A stretch of 64,000 nt of DNA from Balanoglossus misakiensis (GCA_040954595.2 CM082586.2:8835337-8899336); one strand, 5' to 3'. Shown: positions 26,462 to 41,430, counted from the first letter of the stretch. The notes: generated from the sequence alone by a model not told the origin. Numbers and translations are program-made.

Positions 26462-27949
26462 CAGACCCACCAATAAGTATTTACGCACCCACGTTCTGCA
26501 GTGAAAACATTTCAGAAACATGAAATAACACACCTTGCAGACAGTTTTTAGCAAAAATTCAAATATTTTTCATAAATTCACGAGAAATAACAGTCATACA
26601 ACAAAAATCTTTCATCTGCGATTAAATTTGAGCGAGAAATATCGACGTAAAAATAGATGTGCGACGGAGTCAGCGAAACATTCCATTCTCTATGGGAACA
26701 ATAATGCAAAGAACGTCATGAATATTCATGAGGTGAAATCGAACGAACCAAATGTCAATAATGGATATGTCCACCCCTTCGCCTAATGACCTCTCGCTGG
26801 TGCTTCGGCATAGTATCGACGAGTTTCCGACACATATTTTGCAGGAATTGTTCCCAAGATGTTACTATGCGATTAAATAGGTCGTTGATGCTGTGTATTG
26901 GACGGGAATGAACGTCCAAGTCGATTAACTCCCACAGGTTCGCGATGGGGCTCAAATCAGGAGACTAGGCTGGTCACTCCAACGATGTAAAATTGTCGAA
27001 CGGATAGCCGTAATCCTGGGGATTTTGCAGAAATGATTTCACATCCAAGGCAGTATGTTCGGGGGCATTATCCTGTTGGAACACAAAATCACAAACAACC
27101 TGGGACCACTGAACAGGTGTCCGGTTGACGTAACGCGGGGCAAAACGTAGTCACGCTGCATTGTGCCGGGGTTGTAATTTCAGCTTTTTCTTGGCCACAC
27201 ATCCACGGAGTCTGTGCTCATACTCAAAAGTTTCCCGGTGTCCTCATGAAATTTAGCGCGGAGGTCACGGGCCGTCTTGAATCTGTCCGTCAGACTTGAT
27301 CTAATCAACATTCGGTCTTCACGTTCAGTTGTTCGCCTTGGCCGTCCAGATCGGTGTAAATTGTCCGTGCTACCATTTCGAACAAGTTTCCGAATGTTGT
27401 ACCTGACGCTGCCTTTGATGATTCCAAACTTCCTTGCAATTTCTCGGTTTCTCAAACCTTGCCTATGCAGTGCCTCAATTTGACCTTTCACAAATCCAGG
27501 AAGTTCGCGAACTTTAAGCATGATTTCACTTATTCACTGTTTACAAACAAAAATTATGCAGCAACCTCCGACGACCTCGATCAGAATATTCATAAGCAAA
27601 TCTGGCAGATTTTCCCGCTCCAAAATAATCAGAATTATATTTAAAAGGTCTGATTGGTGGAGATTAAAATATGAATAGAGGGAAATTAGCCACGGACACA
27701 ATGGCTCGAAAAGTTAATGAAAATGAGTATACCGCCATTGCAATAATCATAGGAAATTTCACTGGCCGAAAAACACGCCGCGTATGCAGTCATATTCGGC
27801 GCGGCAACACATCTGTGTTGACTAAAATGGATTAAACCTTCTGTAGGTTATTTATTTTCGGAAATAAGTTACAGTCGATCGATTTTGTGAATAATTTTTT
27901 ATAGCAAACGTTCATGGTCAAGGTGCGTAAATACTTATTGGCGGGTCTG
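26462..27949 (-). mobile_element. Tc1/mariner transposon, internally deleted
   Basis: 28-bp TIRs cagacccaccaataagtatttacgcacc / ggtgcgtaaatacttattggcgggtctg, TA after the right end; transposase remnants inside. Confidence 0.9.
26760..27521 (-). pseudogene. Tc1-like transposase pseudogene
   Basis: N-terminal HTH (NREIARKFG..RSGRPRRTT), VFQQDNAPEHT, SPDLSPIANLW; first catalytic D region deleted, stops and frameshifts. Confidence 0.9.
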
Positions 27950-29460
27950 TATATATAAAGCCTCTCTAAAGCCAGTGAATGAGACCTGGTATACTTGACA
28001 AATGAAAAATAACAGCATCTGGCAGTCATGCACACATGTTCACTTTTGTCATATAATGTAAAGCCAAACATAATTTCGCAAACAAATTTGCACTAGAGAT
28101 TGTAGCATCATGTAATGTGTTGCAAGTAAATTCGCTGAAAATATAATGTAATAGCTAGACACTCATAAAATGAAATCATACGCTTTGTATGGAATGTTAC
28201 GTTTGTCACAGACTACATGCATCGTCTTGGTGACTGAAATTCAACAGCACATGCATCCATTTTCGCTGTTTATTAAAAAAATTGTGCATTTATCAGAGGT
28301 TGTGTTTACGCAAAAATTATGTATTTTTGACGCCAAAATAGTCATTTGACGTGAAAATCTTAATAAGTGCATCAATATTGACACATTGGAATGGCCTCTC
28401 TATTTGCACAATGGTCAACGTAATCCATACGCATACCGCTCACTACCCCTGGGATCAAAATAATCACTTGCGTGCCCGACCTTTTGTACTCAAAATGTAG
28501 CTAATTTTGTTTGATGAATTTTGAATTAGACATGTGTACGACGCAGGCTAAGTAAAAGGAGTTTGACACATTTTTTTATGAATGCATCAAAAATACGCAC
28601 TCAAAAAAATGTTATCGCGACCTCTGTTTATTATCAAATACATTCAAATCTACATATTAGTGGTGTTACATATCTTCAATATCGATTAAAAATATTTGTA
28701 AAAGTACAAAGGCAAATATGGAGCATAATGATAATCACCAAAATTCAGCTAGACAGATAAAAATACAAATTGTTATTTCATCAGGTAAAATTCCTCAAAT
28801 TTACAAGCAAATTGGTATATTATCAGTGTTTCAGCCAGCTTTTGAAAGCACACAGTACTAGAAATATCTCATGATTCATTCTGATTTGTACCAACAGATA
28901 ATCCTCAGTCAAACAAGGCATAGTTCACATGTGAACAGATAATTGTAGATCACTAATACCAAGTTCGAGATCGTACTTTTAAGGCAAATCTTACTGTGAA
29001 TAACCATTTCAAATTATTTTTAAAATTATGCATTATTGAGAGAGGAGATACTAATTTTATAAAATAATCAAGCAATTGCATAGCCAGCTATACAAAGAAG
29101 TTTGAAGTAAAACAGGGACACTTGAAATACCCGTTTAATCAAAAAAAAATTATTTTTCTATCGCCAGAACAAAGGAAATTTACATGTTAACTTTCAACAT
29201 AGACTGGCCACCTCAGTTAGTCATTGCTTGTTTCCCCTAAAGTGTGACATTTGCAGTACATGAATATCTAGATTCCTATGGCTTCTAATTTTGATTTTGA
29301 AATTTTCACTCTAATTGCTTAACATACTTTTCCTAGATAAAAATAAATATATTTCTATGTACTTCATATCATTGTTAGCATGTAAAAAAGAAAAAGTTAT
29401 TAAATGGGCAACGTTCAATGATACAAATCATGGAGAATTGTGGGTAAAATATTGTACTGT

Positions 29461-32400
29461 GAAGCATGGGAACATTGTGACCTGCAGCAGGTTATAAAGG
29501 GGGACAAATCATATTTTCGGGGGATAATATATCAGGACAGGATTCTCCCTGGGAATAATCATAGATTCAGGGCTAATTTCCATAAAATTTACATAATCAT
29601 AGCTTCTTTTGGACATCACTAAGGCCCCTCAACATCGATATAAAATATTTAATATTATAGCTTTATCAAGTGAATTTTGTGACGTCATAGCTGTAAATTA
29701 TTACAGATAATGTATCATGTTATGACGTGGACGCGCGACACACTCAAGAACCAGCCAGACGTGGACAATTTCTGACTGAATAACGGAGCTTTCAAACAAT
29801 GCGAACATATTAAGGGCTAAAAAAGAAATGCAAACATACACAGAATAAATACAATGTACTGCGATATTTATTAATTTTAAATCTGACCTTGAGTAGCGAT
29901 TTGTTTATTTTTTTCTTCCTAATGCGGCACTACATGTCATCTGCTCTTGAATCACGCGCAGTTTTCAACATGGCTCGGTCCCACACGTAAAGCAAACCTC
30001 TCGATGATACTGGAATTGACTTCGTTCACCATACATACCGTGTACCATGTACCAAGCAGTCATGTCAACAAAGTTATACGTAAAAAGTGATGCCGCAATT
30101 GTCACTGTTATGTTGTCTACACGGTATGGAGGGTCGATCGAGGGCGAGATTGTTTATGTAATGCAACCTTTCGAGCGCTCATATACGTGAACTTTCCTGG
30201 GAACGCCAATGAATGCAAATATTGCCTGAGTCCTCACCAAGATTTCACAAAAATCAAATATTTTTCAAATATATTTCAGCAGAACCCTTAAATGAATTTT
30301 TGCATGCGTTAATAAACCTTCATTATTTATTTCCTGATGTTTGTATTTGATACTAGACATGTACAGTACATGGATTGACTGCAATCAGCTGATCTTATGT
30401 TTACGCCATTCCTCTGTTTTCGATATCTGTGACCGAGTCTGAGTTTTTCTGTGATTTTTTTTTTTTTGGGGGGGGGGGGAAAGATCAACATTCAGGATTA
30501 GATTAAAGGTACATGAGCTGCAACTGGATAAAAATTTTAAGTTTTAAATAATCCCATATATCCTTTGAATTATGTGTATTAAATGATATTTCATAATAGT
30601 ATATATCAAGATCACTTATTTTGAACAAAATGGCCAAAAATTAAAGAAAATCGAAAATTCCTGCAATATTGCGATCAAAAATGAAAATGTAATGTCCCAG
30701 CGGAGTACATTTACTTCCACAGTTGTAGTGGATGAGATCATGCTTCGTTTATTAAATTTTATAGTGGGAAATGCAACGTTTTCCTTGTTTCTAGCATTTT
30801 TTCACGGTGGTGACCATGTTCATTTGCAGTTTACTGGCCCTGGGCTGCTGTTAATTTTATAAGCCTGTGCAGACGCGCAGACACATGGCATGACCTCCAA
30901 CAAAAGTTGCTTCATCTTTTGTCATGTTTAGCTGATTTGTTAACAATGCGTGCACGCGCTCAGTGCGTTGCTTGTGTTACTAGGCTATTGATGCTATTTA
31001 CAGGACGCCTGTCTAAAGATAACTTGTGCACTGAATGAAATGGCAGCACACTGCTCTTGACAGCGTGCAGAGCTGCGTTGCTTCTTGGGTGATTCAAGCC
31101 GTTGAAGGTGTGAAATCACTCAGTTGTGTTCACTAATTGTCAAGAATTGAAAGGAAGTAGCAAGTTACAGTGAAAGCAAAGGTGGATGCACAGCAAAAGT
31201 CTGGGAGGTGACAATCTGTCATATTGTTGTTCACTCAGTAAGAATGTGTCACAGTGACCCATGAAGATTTATTTTGTTGTGACAATCCAATATTTATTGC
31301 ATCAAATGTCGCAAGGCCGCACGCAAGCTGAAACACTGTATATTGTTTTATTTCTATCATTTGTGATTTTAGATAGTATTAATAGTGTTTTAAACACAGA
31401 GAGAGCACCTATTTAGGATTCTTAGCCATAAATTTGTTTTTCCAACTGATTATCTGAAATTTTACAAAGCAAAGCGGATAGTTCTGATAGACGGACAAAA
31501 GCTACTTGTATGATAAAATTATACTGTTACCAAGTGAAGGAATGTCTTGCTTGTGTCTAGAAATCACAAATTATCACAGTCTACTGGTTAGGACCTTGCA
31601 GGCCTTCAGATATTCGGATGACTGCTTTCAGGACAGTTACACTTGAACATTGCAGCCTTCTATTGCAATTGCACCTTAATCTTTAACCCCAATCTAACCT
31701 CTAACATTAACCTCTAACCTCTAACCACTAACCTTAATAGCAGGCACGAATGTCCACGTTTTCTGTCCTTGAAGTTGATACCCTCTGAATATTTGGCAAA
31801 AGTCAGATTGTCTTTACACTTAAACAAAAGTGCCAATGTTGTATGACTGCCTACCAAATATGCTCTCTCTTTCAGTGTTTCAGCTAGCGTGTGCGGCCTT
31901 GCGACATTTGACGCAATAAATGTTGGATTATCGCAACGGAATAATCTTCATGGGTCACTGTGATGCATTCTTCCTGAGTGAGCAATAATGTGACTGATTG
32001 TCACCCCTATACTTTTGCTTTGCGTCCACCTTTGCTTTCACTGGAACTTACTACTCCCTTTCAATTTTTGATAATTTAGTGAACACAATTGAGTGATTTC
32101 ACACCTTCCACGGCTTGAATCACCCAAGAAGCAACGCAGCTCTGCACGCTGTCAAGAGCAGTGCGCTGCCATTTCATTCAGTGCACAAGTTATCTTTAGA
32201 CAGGCGTCCTGTAAATAGCATCAACAGCCTAGTAACACAAGCAACGCACTGAACGCGTGCGCGCATTGTAACAAATCAGCTAAACATGACAAATGATGAA
32301 GCAACTTTTGTTGGAGGTCATGCCAAGTGTCTGCGCGTCTGCACATGATTATAAAATTAACAGCAGCCGAGGGCCGGTAATAATTGCGAAGGGCAGGTAA

Positions 32401-33523
32401 ATTTCATTGCCGCCTGCCCTGCTTCATGCCTACTTGATAAGGTAAACTTTGAATTACTTTGCACTATTTGATTTTGTTTAGAATAGGGTGATAGGGTGGG
32501 GTATGATTGCAAAAAAAAATATTATCAAAGTAATTAATCTGATCCTGAATGGTGATCTTCCCCCCCCCCCAAAAAAAAAAAACACACAAAACAATGCACA
32601 ATAACATTTCTTCACCAATGGCAGTAAATCATAATTAACACAAAATCTGAGATGTCTTGCCGTAGGATATGTCCAATTTCTAAAAAAAACAGATACATGT
32701 AGTAGGATGTAAAAGACAACCAGCACTGAAAACTTGTGAACTTGGCATGGGCAGGCAGTGTTTCATCAAGGACACAGGTGAATTAGGCGTTCTGTTCGTG
32801 GAAACAAACAAACAAACAAACAAAATAGAAACAACAACCACCATCATGATAAACAATGCAGTGTCTTGAATTAAGCCAACCGCTCGTGCGATCAAGCAGC
32901 TGACACAAGAAGTGGCTTGTTTCAAAGGTCCCGTCCGTATGCTAGTAAATTAGCATATAGCAGGAAGCTGTCTAACTCCCACTTGAAAACTGCTCGACAC
33001 TGTTGAATATTTGCCATTTTTAGCCTCTAAATGTCTGACATCTATAAAATTTCTACCCCATTTTAAAACATCAATAAACAGGCTGTCATATCAGCATCGA
33101 TTTATCAGTCTCTCTTACTACTGGTTGTTGCTAGCGCGTAAAAAATATGACAACATCACAGTTTTTGAGGCGCATAGCAAGTCGTGGGAACATCAGGGTG
33201 TTTTATTGGAGCGCACTTCGTAACCCGAGGTCAATTTCAAATACTTCCACTAGTAATAGTATTTCACTAGGCCTACTTTACACTGGATATAAAAAAGACA
33301 ATATTCTTTCTTAGTAAGTACGATGTGCCAATGTCAGCATACTTGATAAGTAACGGCCGTGGTAAAATTTGTCCAAAAGAAGCTATGATTATGTAAATTG
33401 TATGGGAATTAGCCCTGACTCTATGATTTTTCCAAGGGAGAACACTGTCCTGATATATTGTCCCCCGAAAATGTGATCTGTCCCCCTTTTAACCTGCTGC
33501 GGGTCACAATCGTCCCATGCTTT
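29461..33523. repeat. Concentric triple inverted repeat (foldback or nested MITEs)
   Basis: IR pairs 29461-29615/33370-33523, ~30454-30507/32534-32583, 30831-31338/31873-32380. Confidence 0.85.
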
Positions 33524-35036
33524 CAAAAGCTGGCTGGACTTTGATGTGGCAAATTTAATTCAACAAAAGGGAACATGTAGCCAGGCCAAAGACAGCACAT
33601 ATTTTGTAAGAACCGTAGTATAGTTTTTATCAAAAATTTAATGCATTTCTGTTTCAAGGCTGAAATAGTGAGGATTAATCCTTGTTCATAGGTTGTCACA
33701 CTCTTTAAGTACCACTATTTTCATATCCATAGAAAAAAAATCATAAAATGTATGATCTCCAACGGTGCATCGCAGAGAAATTTTTTACGACTTTTCTGCT
33801 AGTTTATGTTATCAGACCATTAAAAGGCTTCCTGTCATTATAGGGACTACACTCATTTGCATGTTGCATATTTGCTGCATTTTTATCACCAAGCTTTTCA
33901 AATTCTTGTACGGATGCATTGATATCAGGGGACAACAGTGTTATTGTTGCAAATCCCATGGTTTAGACCCCCAAGGCACCGGCTATTCTTTGTTTTTGAA
34001 TGAAGCTGGTTTTCCCTCTGGGCCCTCTAAGTCAGTTATGCATGTGCAATTCATTGTTAATAACATTGCCTCTGCTGGATTGACAGTTGCAGGGGTTAAT
34101 CATAATACCTTACAAATGACCCACAAGACTGACAAATTGGTTGAAGACCTGGAGAAATTCACGCAAAGTGAATACTGCTGGGAGCTACATTGAAACAGAC
34201 TGTAGACAGACACATTTCACAATACCATCCAATATGCTATGGCATCAACATTCAATCAGTCACTGTTAAACATTCAGTCTGCATGACTTGTGTACTTTCC
34301 ACCTTGTTGTAAGAGTTGCTCGATTTGCTTGACATCTCTTGCTTTGGCTGTATTTGCCTGAATGGCAAATCTGCAAATTGTTTGAAATCTTTTATTTTAT
34401 CTTTGATTGTAATCATTTATCTTGTTTGAATACTTTTTTTAGTTTTGATGCAATTTTTCTGACCTTTACTTAGTGTTTGTAGTTGTTTATTCCACAACAT
34501 TGTTTTTGTTTAAAACCCAAGTTGTGAGTTTTCTCAAGAAGATACGAGTGACAGTTTGAAAAGCGAAAAAAAAAAAAGAAAAAAAAAAGAAAAAAAAAAA
34601 CTGACTAGAATACTGGCGTAGCTTGTTCACTCGATTGCTGCAATACAATATATGGATCGGAAATCAAGCAAGTTTTTCATGTAACTTTTGTTTCATAACC
34701 AAAAAAAACACCTACATTTTGTCTTTCAAGTGCAACCTCCAATGAAAAGTTACAATGAATCGGTAGCAGATCATGCAAATGCCTGTTGATCTCCGACCTA
34801 TTTGAAACTCAAGTAAAATGTGTGGACACAAGATTTTTAAGTCCCTGATAAGAAATTTTTACCCACTTATGATAATAAAAAAAGGAGCGCCCTAACCATG
34901 GCACATGAGAACATGTCTTAAAATTTTTCTCGGGGTGCCTCAAGTAAATTAGATTTTGAAATGTCCTCTGAAATGCCCCAACCAGTCTTGGCCCAAACTG
35001 CCCCCCCCCTCCTCAGTAAAACCCATTTTGATACAC

Positions 35037-35037
35037 C

Positions 35038-35073
<36 letters not shown>

Positions 35074-35350
35074 CGTCCGTCCGTCCGTCTGTCTGTCTGT
35101 CTAAGTGAGTGAGTGAGTGAGTGTACACATGTATTTGTCCAAACTTTTGAATAGTTTAGATAGTTAGTTAGTTAGTATATAGTTAGTTAGTTAGTAAGTA
35201 AATTAGTTAGTTAGTTAGTTAGTTGGTATAAGTTTAGTATTTAGTTAATTAGGTTTATTAGTTTAGGTAGCATAGGTTTAGTTAGGATACATTTATTTAC
35301 TTAGTTTATTTACTCAGTGTATATATTTATTTATTTTATTTATTTAGTTC
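35037..35350. repeat. (CTGT)n, (GAGT)n microsatellites and TTAG-rich tract
   Basis: Direct reading. Confidence 0.85.
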
Positions 35351-35818
35351 AATGCAGATGTGTACACTTATTATTAAAAAAAATGAAAAATAATATATTG
35401 TTTAAATGTGTGGTCTTATATCTGCACTGACTGGAGGGGTAATATGAATTCTGGCTGCCTTAAATAGGATTTCACTTTGTGCTAGGGGGGTCAAATCACA
35501 TTGCATTCTGGACGAAAAGTTCACAACCAACTGTAGTAAGAGATAGAAGAAATGATATGTTTACTGTATTTCATGACTTCCTTTGGTCAAACATGTCCGT
35601 TTTGTAGTTAGCAACTCATTTTAACTTTTTTCACATTTTGTTATTTTTTATGTTAAAAAGTTTCAGAATGACCCATCATCACTTGGGCTCATGAACTCCC
35701 CTTTTTTAAACATGGCAAAAATTGGCCATCTTGAAACTGTGTTGACCATATGAGATTTTCATCACTCACTTAGGTAGCTTAAAACCTATTTAAGGTTGGG
35801 AAGATTGGTTGCTGTAAC

Positions 35819-35846
35819 CGTGGAGGTACTAGAGAGTACCTCCATG
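35819..35846. mobile_element. 28-bp hairpin micro-insertion with 7-bp target duplication
   Basis: ctgtaac-[cgtggaggtact agag agtacctccatg]-ctgtaac. Confidence 0.6.
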
Positions 35847-37359
35847 CTGTAACAAACAAAGCTTTGATTTATTCTGAGGGGCGGAGGCACGAGAAATTGG
35901 GGTCAATCAGTCGTGTTAAATGCAGATCTCTCCCAGCAGCAGAAAATTTAATAAGTGTTACCCTCCCTCTATATTAGTCCAAATTTGTATAATGACGTAA
36001 CCCTCGCATAAAGGGGTATGTTAAATTTAGATGCAAGTATGCCACCTCAGCTTGGTCATATCAAACTGTACCCACAGTGCTTCAATGTGACCCTCTCTCT
36101 AGTCCTCATTTGTATAATGTGCGTCTACCACAAAGGACCATGTTAAGTTTCCACCTTCTTGGTCCCATAAAATCTATCCAAATAAACAAGGTTGTTTATG
36201 GTTTTACCACCATCAAGAATCAGGAATACAGAGGTAATTGACCAAACAATACAATTCGGACTTAAATCATAATTGTATAATTATAAAATTCTGAGTTCTC
36301 ACTAAGCAGGCGCCGGGCCATCAAGACATCTGGTCAGCTACTTTGCAGAACAGGTCACATATTCTTTCTCTATCAACAGTACCAGAGAATAGCACCATGG
36401 CATTCTATGTCTAAGTTTGTCAATCAACCAACCAAGTGAAAAACAAGATCCTAATTCAACCGTTGCCATTACAAATAAACTTCAACATTTGAAATCAATG
36501 TCAGAGCAATTAATGTTGTAAAGTTAAAGGTCTGATGAACCATTATTGCCTTTGAACATCACCACATTATGACTCTGTGAGATGATCAATGAAGGACTGT
36601 GGCGGCTGGCAACTTAGTATAGGTTGCAAGATCAAAAATGTTTAGTTCTACTTTTTCTAGTGTTTGTTAAATATACCATAATTTTCAGTGATACCCTTGA
36701 AAAAATAAGCTCAATGTCTCTTCTTTACATCTACATGATTTGATGAGAATTGACTAATGTTTACAACAAAAACAACTGTGTTATTGTATTGTACTAAAAA
36801 GAATAATCTTATTATGGCTCAATAGTAAATTTAAAAAATAACAGTGTAAAACCAGGCAGAAACACAACAAAATCATGTCACCACAAAAAGGACAAAAACA
36901 TTATACATATCAGGGATTAACTTTCCTGGTGGCCATTGGCACAAAGCTGTTGCTGAACCTCAGCTTAGATCACTTAAACCCCGGTGCGGAAAGTCCTGGG
37001 GTTCGGATTAACGTGTGTTTGTATAGTTGTTTATTTGGGAGTGGTCGTTGTGCATAATGACTGTGTAATTGCTCTCATGTACACAGAAAATAATTGAACA
37101 CTTCACACTTTCACACGATTGACAACTGTTTGAATGGCGTGGTTATTGTTTCCCAGGGACTCTTCTGAAAAGCACTGAAACCAGATTTCTCCCAAAATCA
37201 TCGTTGTTTCATAAGCTCGTGTACTTTTTCGTCGATAACTGTTGTGTGTGTTTATAAAGCCAACTACTGTCGTTGTGTGGTGTAATTCTTTATGCTTGGA
37301 CCTGTTTGGGCCGATTTTCATAGAGCCAAGATCGTTGGTGTTGTCTGTTGTCAGTCAAA

Positions 37360-38720
37360 CGTCATTAAGATTCGCCATGACTTGAGGGTAACATTTCAAA
37401 GGAGAAATACAATGGATGGTTTACATCAGCAGCGATTGCACAAGCTCTGAGAGAACCGGTGTGGGTCTCCCAAAAGATGCTTGTTGCTTTTAACAATGGA
37501 AAGCAATAACACACATTGCAGTAAGTCCAGAGTGGTTCAACAACACTCCAGTACAACAAAAGTAGCAGATCTGAATTAACATGAAAGGAACACAACCTCT
37601 TGAGCATGTGCAATCTTTGCTGTCATTTCTTTTGAATAGCTGTTGTGTGCTGACTAAAGGAGAGTTAATTGTTAAGAATATCACCAAGATACTTAAAAAA
37701 GACCACCTGTTCATTGGGTTCACCATCAATACAAATTGGGACATTTTGTCCTGATACCGACGAAAGTTAACGTTAAGTTCTTTTGTCTTTGAAACATTAA
37801 GCTGTAGAAAATTTGAATTACAGCTATTAGAATAATACTTTGCCAAGTTTACATATTCCGTTTCCGAGTTTGTGTCATTTAAAAGAACAAGTACAGCTGC
37901 ACTATCAGAGAATTGGAAAGAAATGAACTAGTTGAACAATTACTCTGGCAATCATTTGTATAGAAAATGAACGAAAATGGGCTAAGCCTGAAGACACAGC
38001 CTTGGGGGCACTGGTGTTGGTGAAGACCACAGTAGATAGGCCTCCCCTACTCTCACAATGTGGTCTGTCAGTTAGGAAGTTATAAACCCAATAAACTATT
38101 GCAGGTGCATGGTGCACCTACCTGCAATGATATGTCTATCATAATGTGACACTAAGTGGTGTTGAAAGAAGAACTGAAGTCGATGAATATAATCCTGGCA
38201 TAGTGCCCGGCTTTATCAAGGTGTTTTAACAATTTATGAAGGAGACAAGCAGCTGCATCATCCGTACCTTTAGGATCTACTTTTGACTGAACATAGGGGA
38301 GAAGATGAGACAATATCAAACATTTCCTTATGAAGGATGTTGCTTTAGCTCTGAAGAAAAAGTAATTTTAGGAACTGGGAAAATTTTTGAAGTCCTCCAA
38401 ATTTTGGGTGTAGTGCCTGTATAGATAGAGCGCTGAAAGAAATTCTGAAACAAGGCCTCTAGTCCATCCACGCACGCCTTCAGCACACTGCCAGTTATAC
38501 CATCTGGGCCAGGGGCTGTCCAAGGTTTCATATACGGTACTTGAATTGTCGCACTACATCACCCACAGTGATGACTACATCATTCTGGCATGGGGGTGGA
38601 CAGGAGGACAGCCTCCTGTCACACTCCTCAGAGAAGTCTTGCTTGTCAAAACCTTGTATAAAATATGTTAATATCAGAAGCCAATGATTGTGAATCTGAA
38701 GGAGATAAAACTCGTTGTAC
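37360..38720 (-). mobile_element. Degenerate LINE reverse transcriptase (Rex1/Babar-like)
   Basis: Motifs APGPDGITGSVLKAC, FIDFSSSFNT, WVYNFLTDRP, LQLNVSKTKEL, HPLYFSFEMLPS in shifting frames. Confidence 0.75.
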
Positions 38721-38769
38721 ACTGATTTGACCAGACATCTTTTTTCAAATACTGAAAAGCTTTCCTCAT

Positions 38770-39170
38770 TGGGCGCACAACGTATCAGTGGTAAGGCACC
38801 TGCCTATTTGACTGATCTTTTACATTTATATGTACCAGCTCGAGAACTGCGCTCGAGTGTTTAATTCTTTTTAACTCATCCTCATGCTAAATTTAACAAA
38901 ACCTACGGACAGAGAGCTTTTTCAGTTTGTGCACCCATTTTATGGAACAATTTACCCCTTGATATCAAAACCGCCAGAAGTGTCAATATTTTTAAGCGTA
39001 ATTTGAAAACTTACCTTTTTACTCGGTTTTATGTGTAACATGTTCGATTGTGTCCTTTTAACTATTTTTACCAGCCTTGTATTTTTTAATCTACTCTTTT
39101 AGCTATGTACAATGCGCTGAGACGTATGTGTAGCACATTTTAAACAATTCTTAATAATAATAATAATAAT
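38770..39170 (+). mobile_element. L2/CR1-group LINE 3' end
   Basis: GKAPAYLTDLL..YVPARELRS, YGQRAFSVCAPILWNNLPLDIK, FKRNLKTYLF, then a (TAA)n tail at 39152-39170. Confidence 0.85.
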
Positions 39171-41039
39171 GATTTCATGACACAATAGACAATAAGGTAC
39201 AGTTGTGTTTGTGGGTGCTCCATAAGGCATTCGTTTTGAGACTAAGTGATAGCTCTGATCCTGCCCACCCAGCACTCGTGTAAATCAAAACTTAAAGTGT
39301 TAAATTTTCCGCTCATGCAGTGATTGAAATGGCATGGCATTTGACCTTACCCCCTCCTGCTCCTCTCCCCTTCCTCCCACCATAGTTGTGTCTGGAGCCC
39401 TGATGGGGGATAGGTCTCATTTTATAGCACACAATAACCGGTAATGTTTTCGGTTGGGTTCACAGCAGAAGTACTGACTCGGCCATAATCAAAACTATTG
39501 TTTTCCCTTACTGTGTTTTCTTCCTTTGAAAAGGATAATCATTGGATCTGTAGAGACTGTTTATTTTCTTCTGTTTAAATCTGAGAAAGATGACTGTAAA
39601 TTACCCCTTCCAACCTCATGCAGTTGTCTGTGGTATCTACATGTGTACCTGGTATCTCAAAGTTTTAACAGCTTCAAAACATTTATGCCAACCAGACTGA
39701 AACTAATTTTACTTTCCGAACAATGTTTTTGTCACTGATTCTAATCTAATTACCAGATGGAATACTACACAAATGGGGAGGTCACATAAGAAATCAGATA
39801 CTGTGCATCTAACTGCACAAATACCATTATCCCTGACCACAACTGGGTATCATTGGCAAACATAATCATTTACAAGTACGTACTATGTAATGGAATACCA
39901 GCTGTATAATGGAACACTCAATCAACAAGAATATAGCTTTATGAAATGTGACCTTCACCTTCTATTATTTTGAAAAAATGCCTCCCCCACAATTGGTCCC
40001 CCCCCCCCCATGCATTAGCTGAACACTCCCTTGGTTAGACATGGGTCTAGGTGCCAGTAGATTGCTGGATAAATTCAGAATGTGTGCAAAGAGACATGTA
40101 CATCATCTGATCTGCTTGGCCTCTATATACTTGTATATGTTAACGTCCAAACAAACCGATCCTTGTAGGCCAATCAAAGCACACCGTGGGGTTAGATTGT
40201 AAGCAGTCTAACTGCACAAATTCATTTTGCAAGCAAGCCTGTTTTAATTTATGCCGCATAACAAAATCCCTACCTTCAATAGTTTCAAACCTGCGCACAC
40301 ATAAACAGTAGCTAAAAATAAACAGCATTCTGGTACATGAAAGCTCATTCAGTGCAATGATTCCATTGCTCATCTGAGCTTCAGAAAACTTTGGGTACAA
40401 CACTGTCCACTAGCAGTGTTACATCTGAAAATAGAAAGTCGGTTTGTATTTACAAGACTCAAAACGTACTCCACTACTCAACTCCTATAGTAAAAAATTT
40501 GGCACACAAGCCAATTTGAGAAATCTCCAACACAATAAATGGGACAGTAACAGGAGTTGCATGAAAGCTTGGCCACTTACAGAAAAATAACAGAACTTAA
40601 TATCACATTATGGCCCCATGAGCTGCAACTCAATAAAAATTTGTCATGCTTTCGATCTCTCCTTGGAAAGGCTTTAAATTCTGTCAGCTGGAAAGTAAAT
40701 AAATATGAAGGTTTTTTTTGTGAGTGAATTTTGTTAAAAAACTTGGATGTCCAGAAACTGCCTCCAATGTGTGTTCGTTTTTTTACCTGGCAGTGTGTTA
40801 AAAATTCACACTATCCAGATTTTCTAACATACCACTGTTTGACTTTCTGGAGGTATTAATAGCAATATGTGCATACTACAGTAGTTATCTACTCTTGCAA
40901 TAGACAGTTGAAGAAATGGGTGTGGCACCTTTTTATTCTTCATTGTACATAGAGTTTACTGATTTGTTTGTGTACACTGAACAAGTAAACTTAAACTTAA
41001 TTGGACCATTCAAAAGTAAAATCATGAAATTGTTTTTAA

Positions 41040-41430
41040 ATTAATACCAGATTCACACAGGGCAAAATTCTCAGTGTTTGAGAAACACTACTTGCCTATG
41101 GTAAATACAGAGGATTAATCCTTTGATTCGCCTCTTGTACACATACAACATTTATGTATAGGCACTATGGCTTGGCCCCATAGACAATAGGTTGTTTAGA
41201 GGTATTAATCCTTACACCGGCGCAGGTCGTCAAAGCCGTCTCGAATCTGAGACGTTTCAGCACCACTTGAACTGATAACAAATAATTATTTATGCAAGTA
41301 TTTGATCTGAGACATTTTAGAAACGTATTAATGGTCCCTGTGTAACCCCATATAAAATTGTGCTTAATTAAATTAAGTTTAATCAGTAATGCCCTGACAG
41401 TGGATCTGACTATAGAGAAAATTTTCACGT
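41040..41430 (+). repeat. Dispersed repeat, diverged copy 2 (copy 1 at ~22145-22455)
   Basis: Same conserved blocks as 22145-22455. Confidence 0.7.

Noticed and set aside
31683-31736. Telomere-like TAACC repeats
   Set aside because: Short, degenerate and internal; not a TTAGGG array
33765-34193. 142-aa ORF
   Set aside because: No recognisable motif or supporting splice chain
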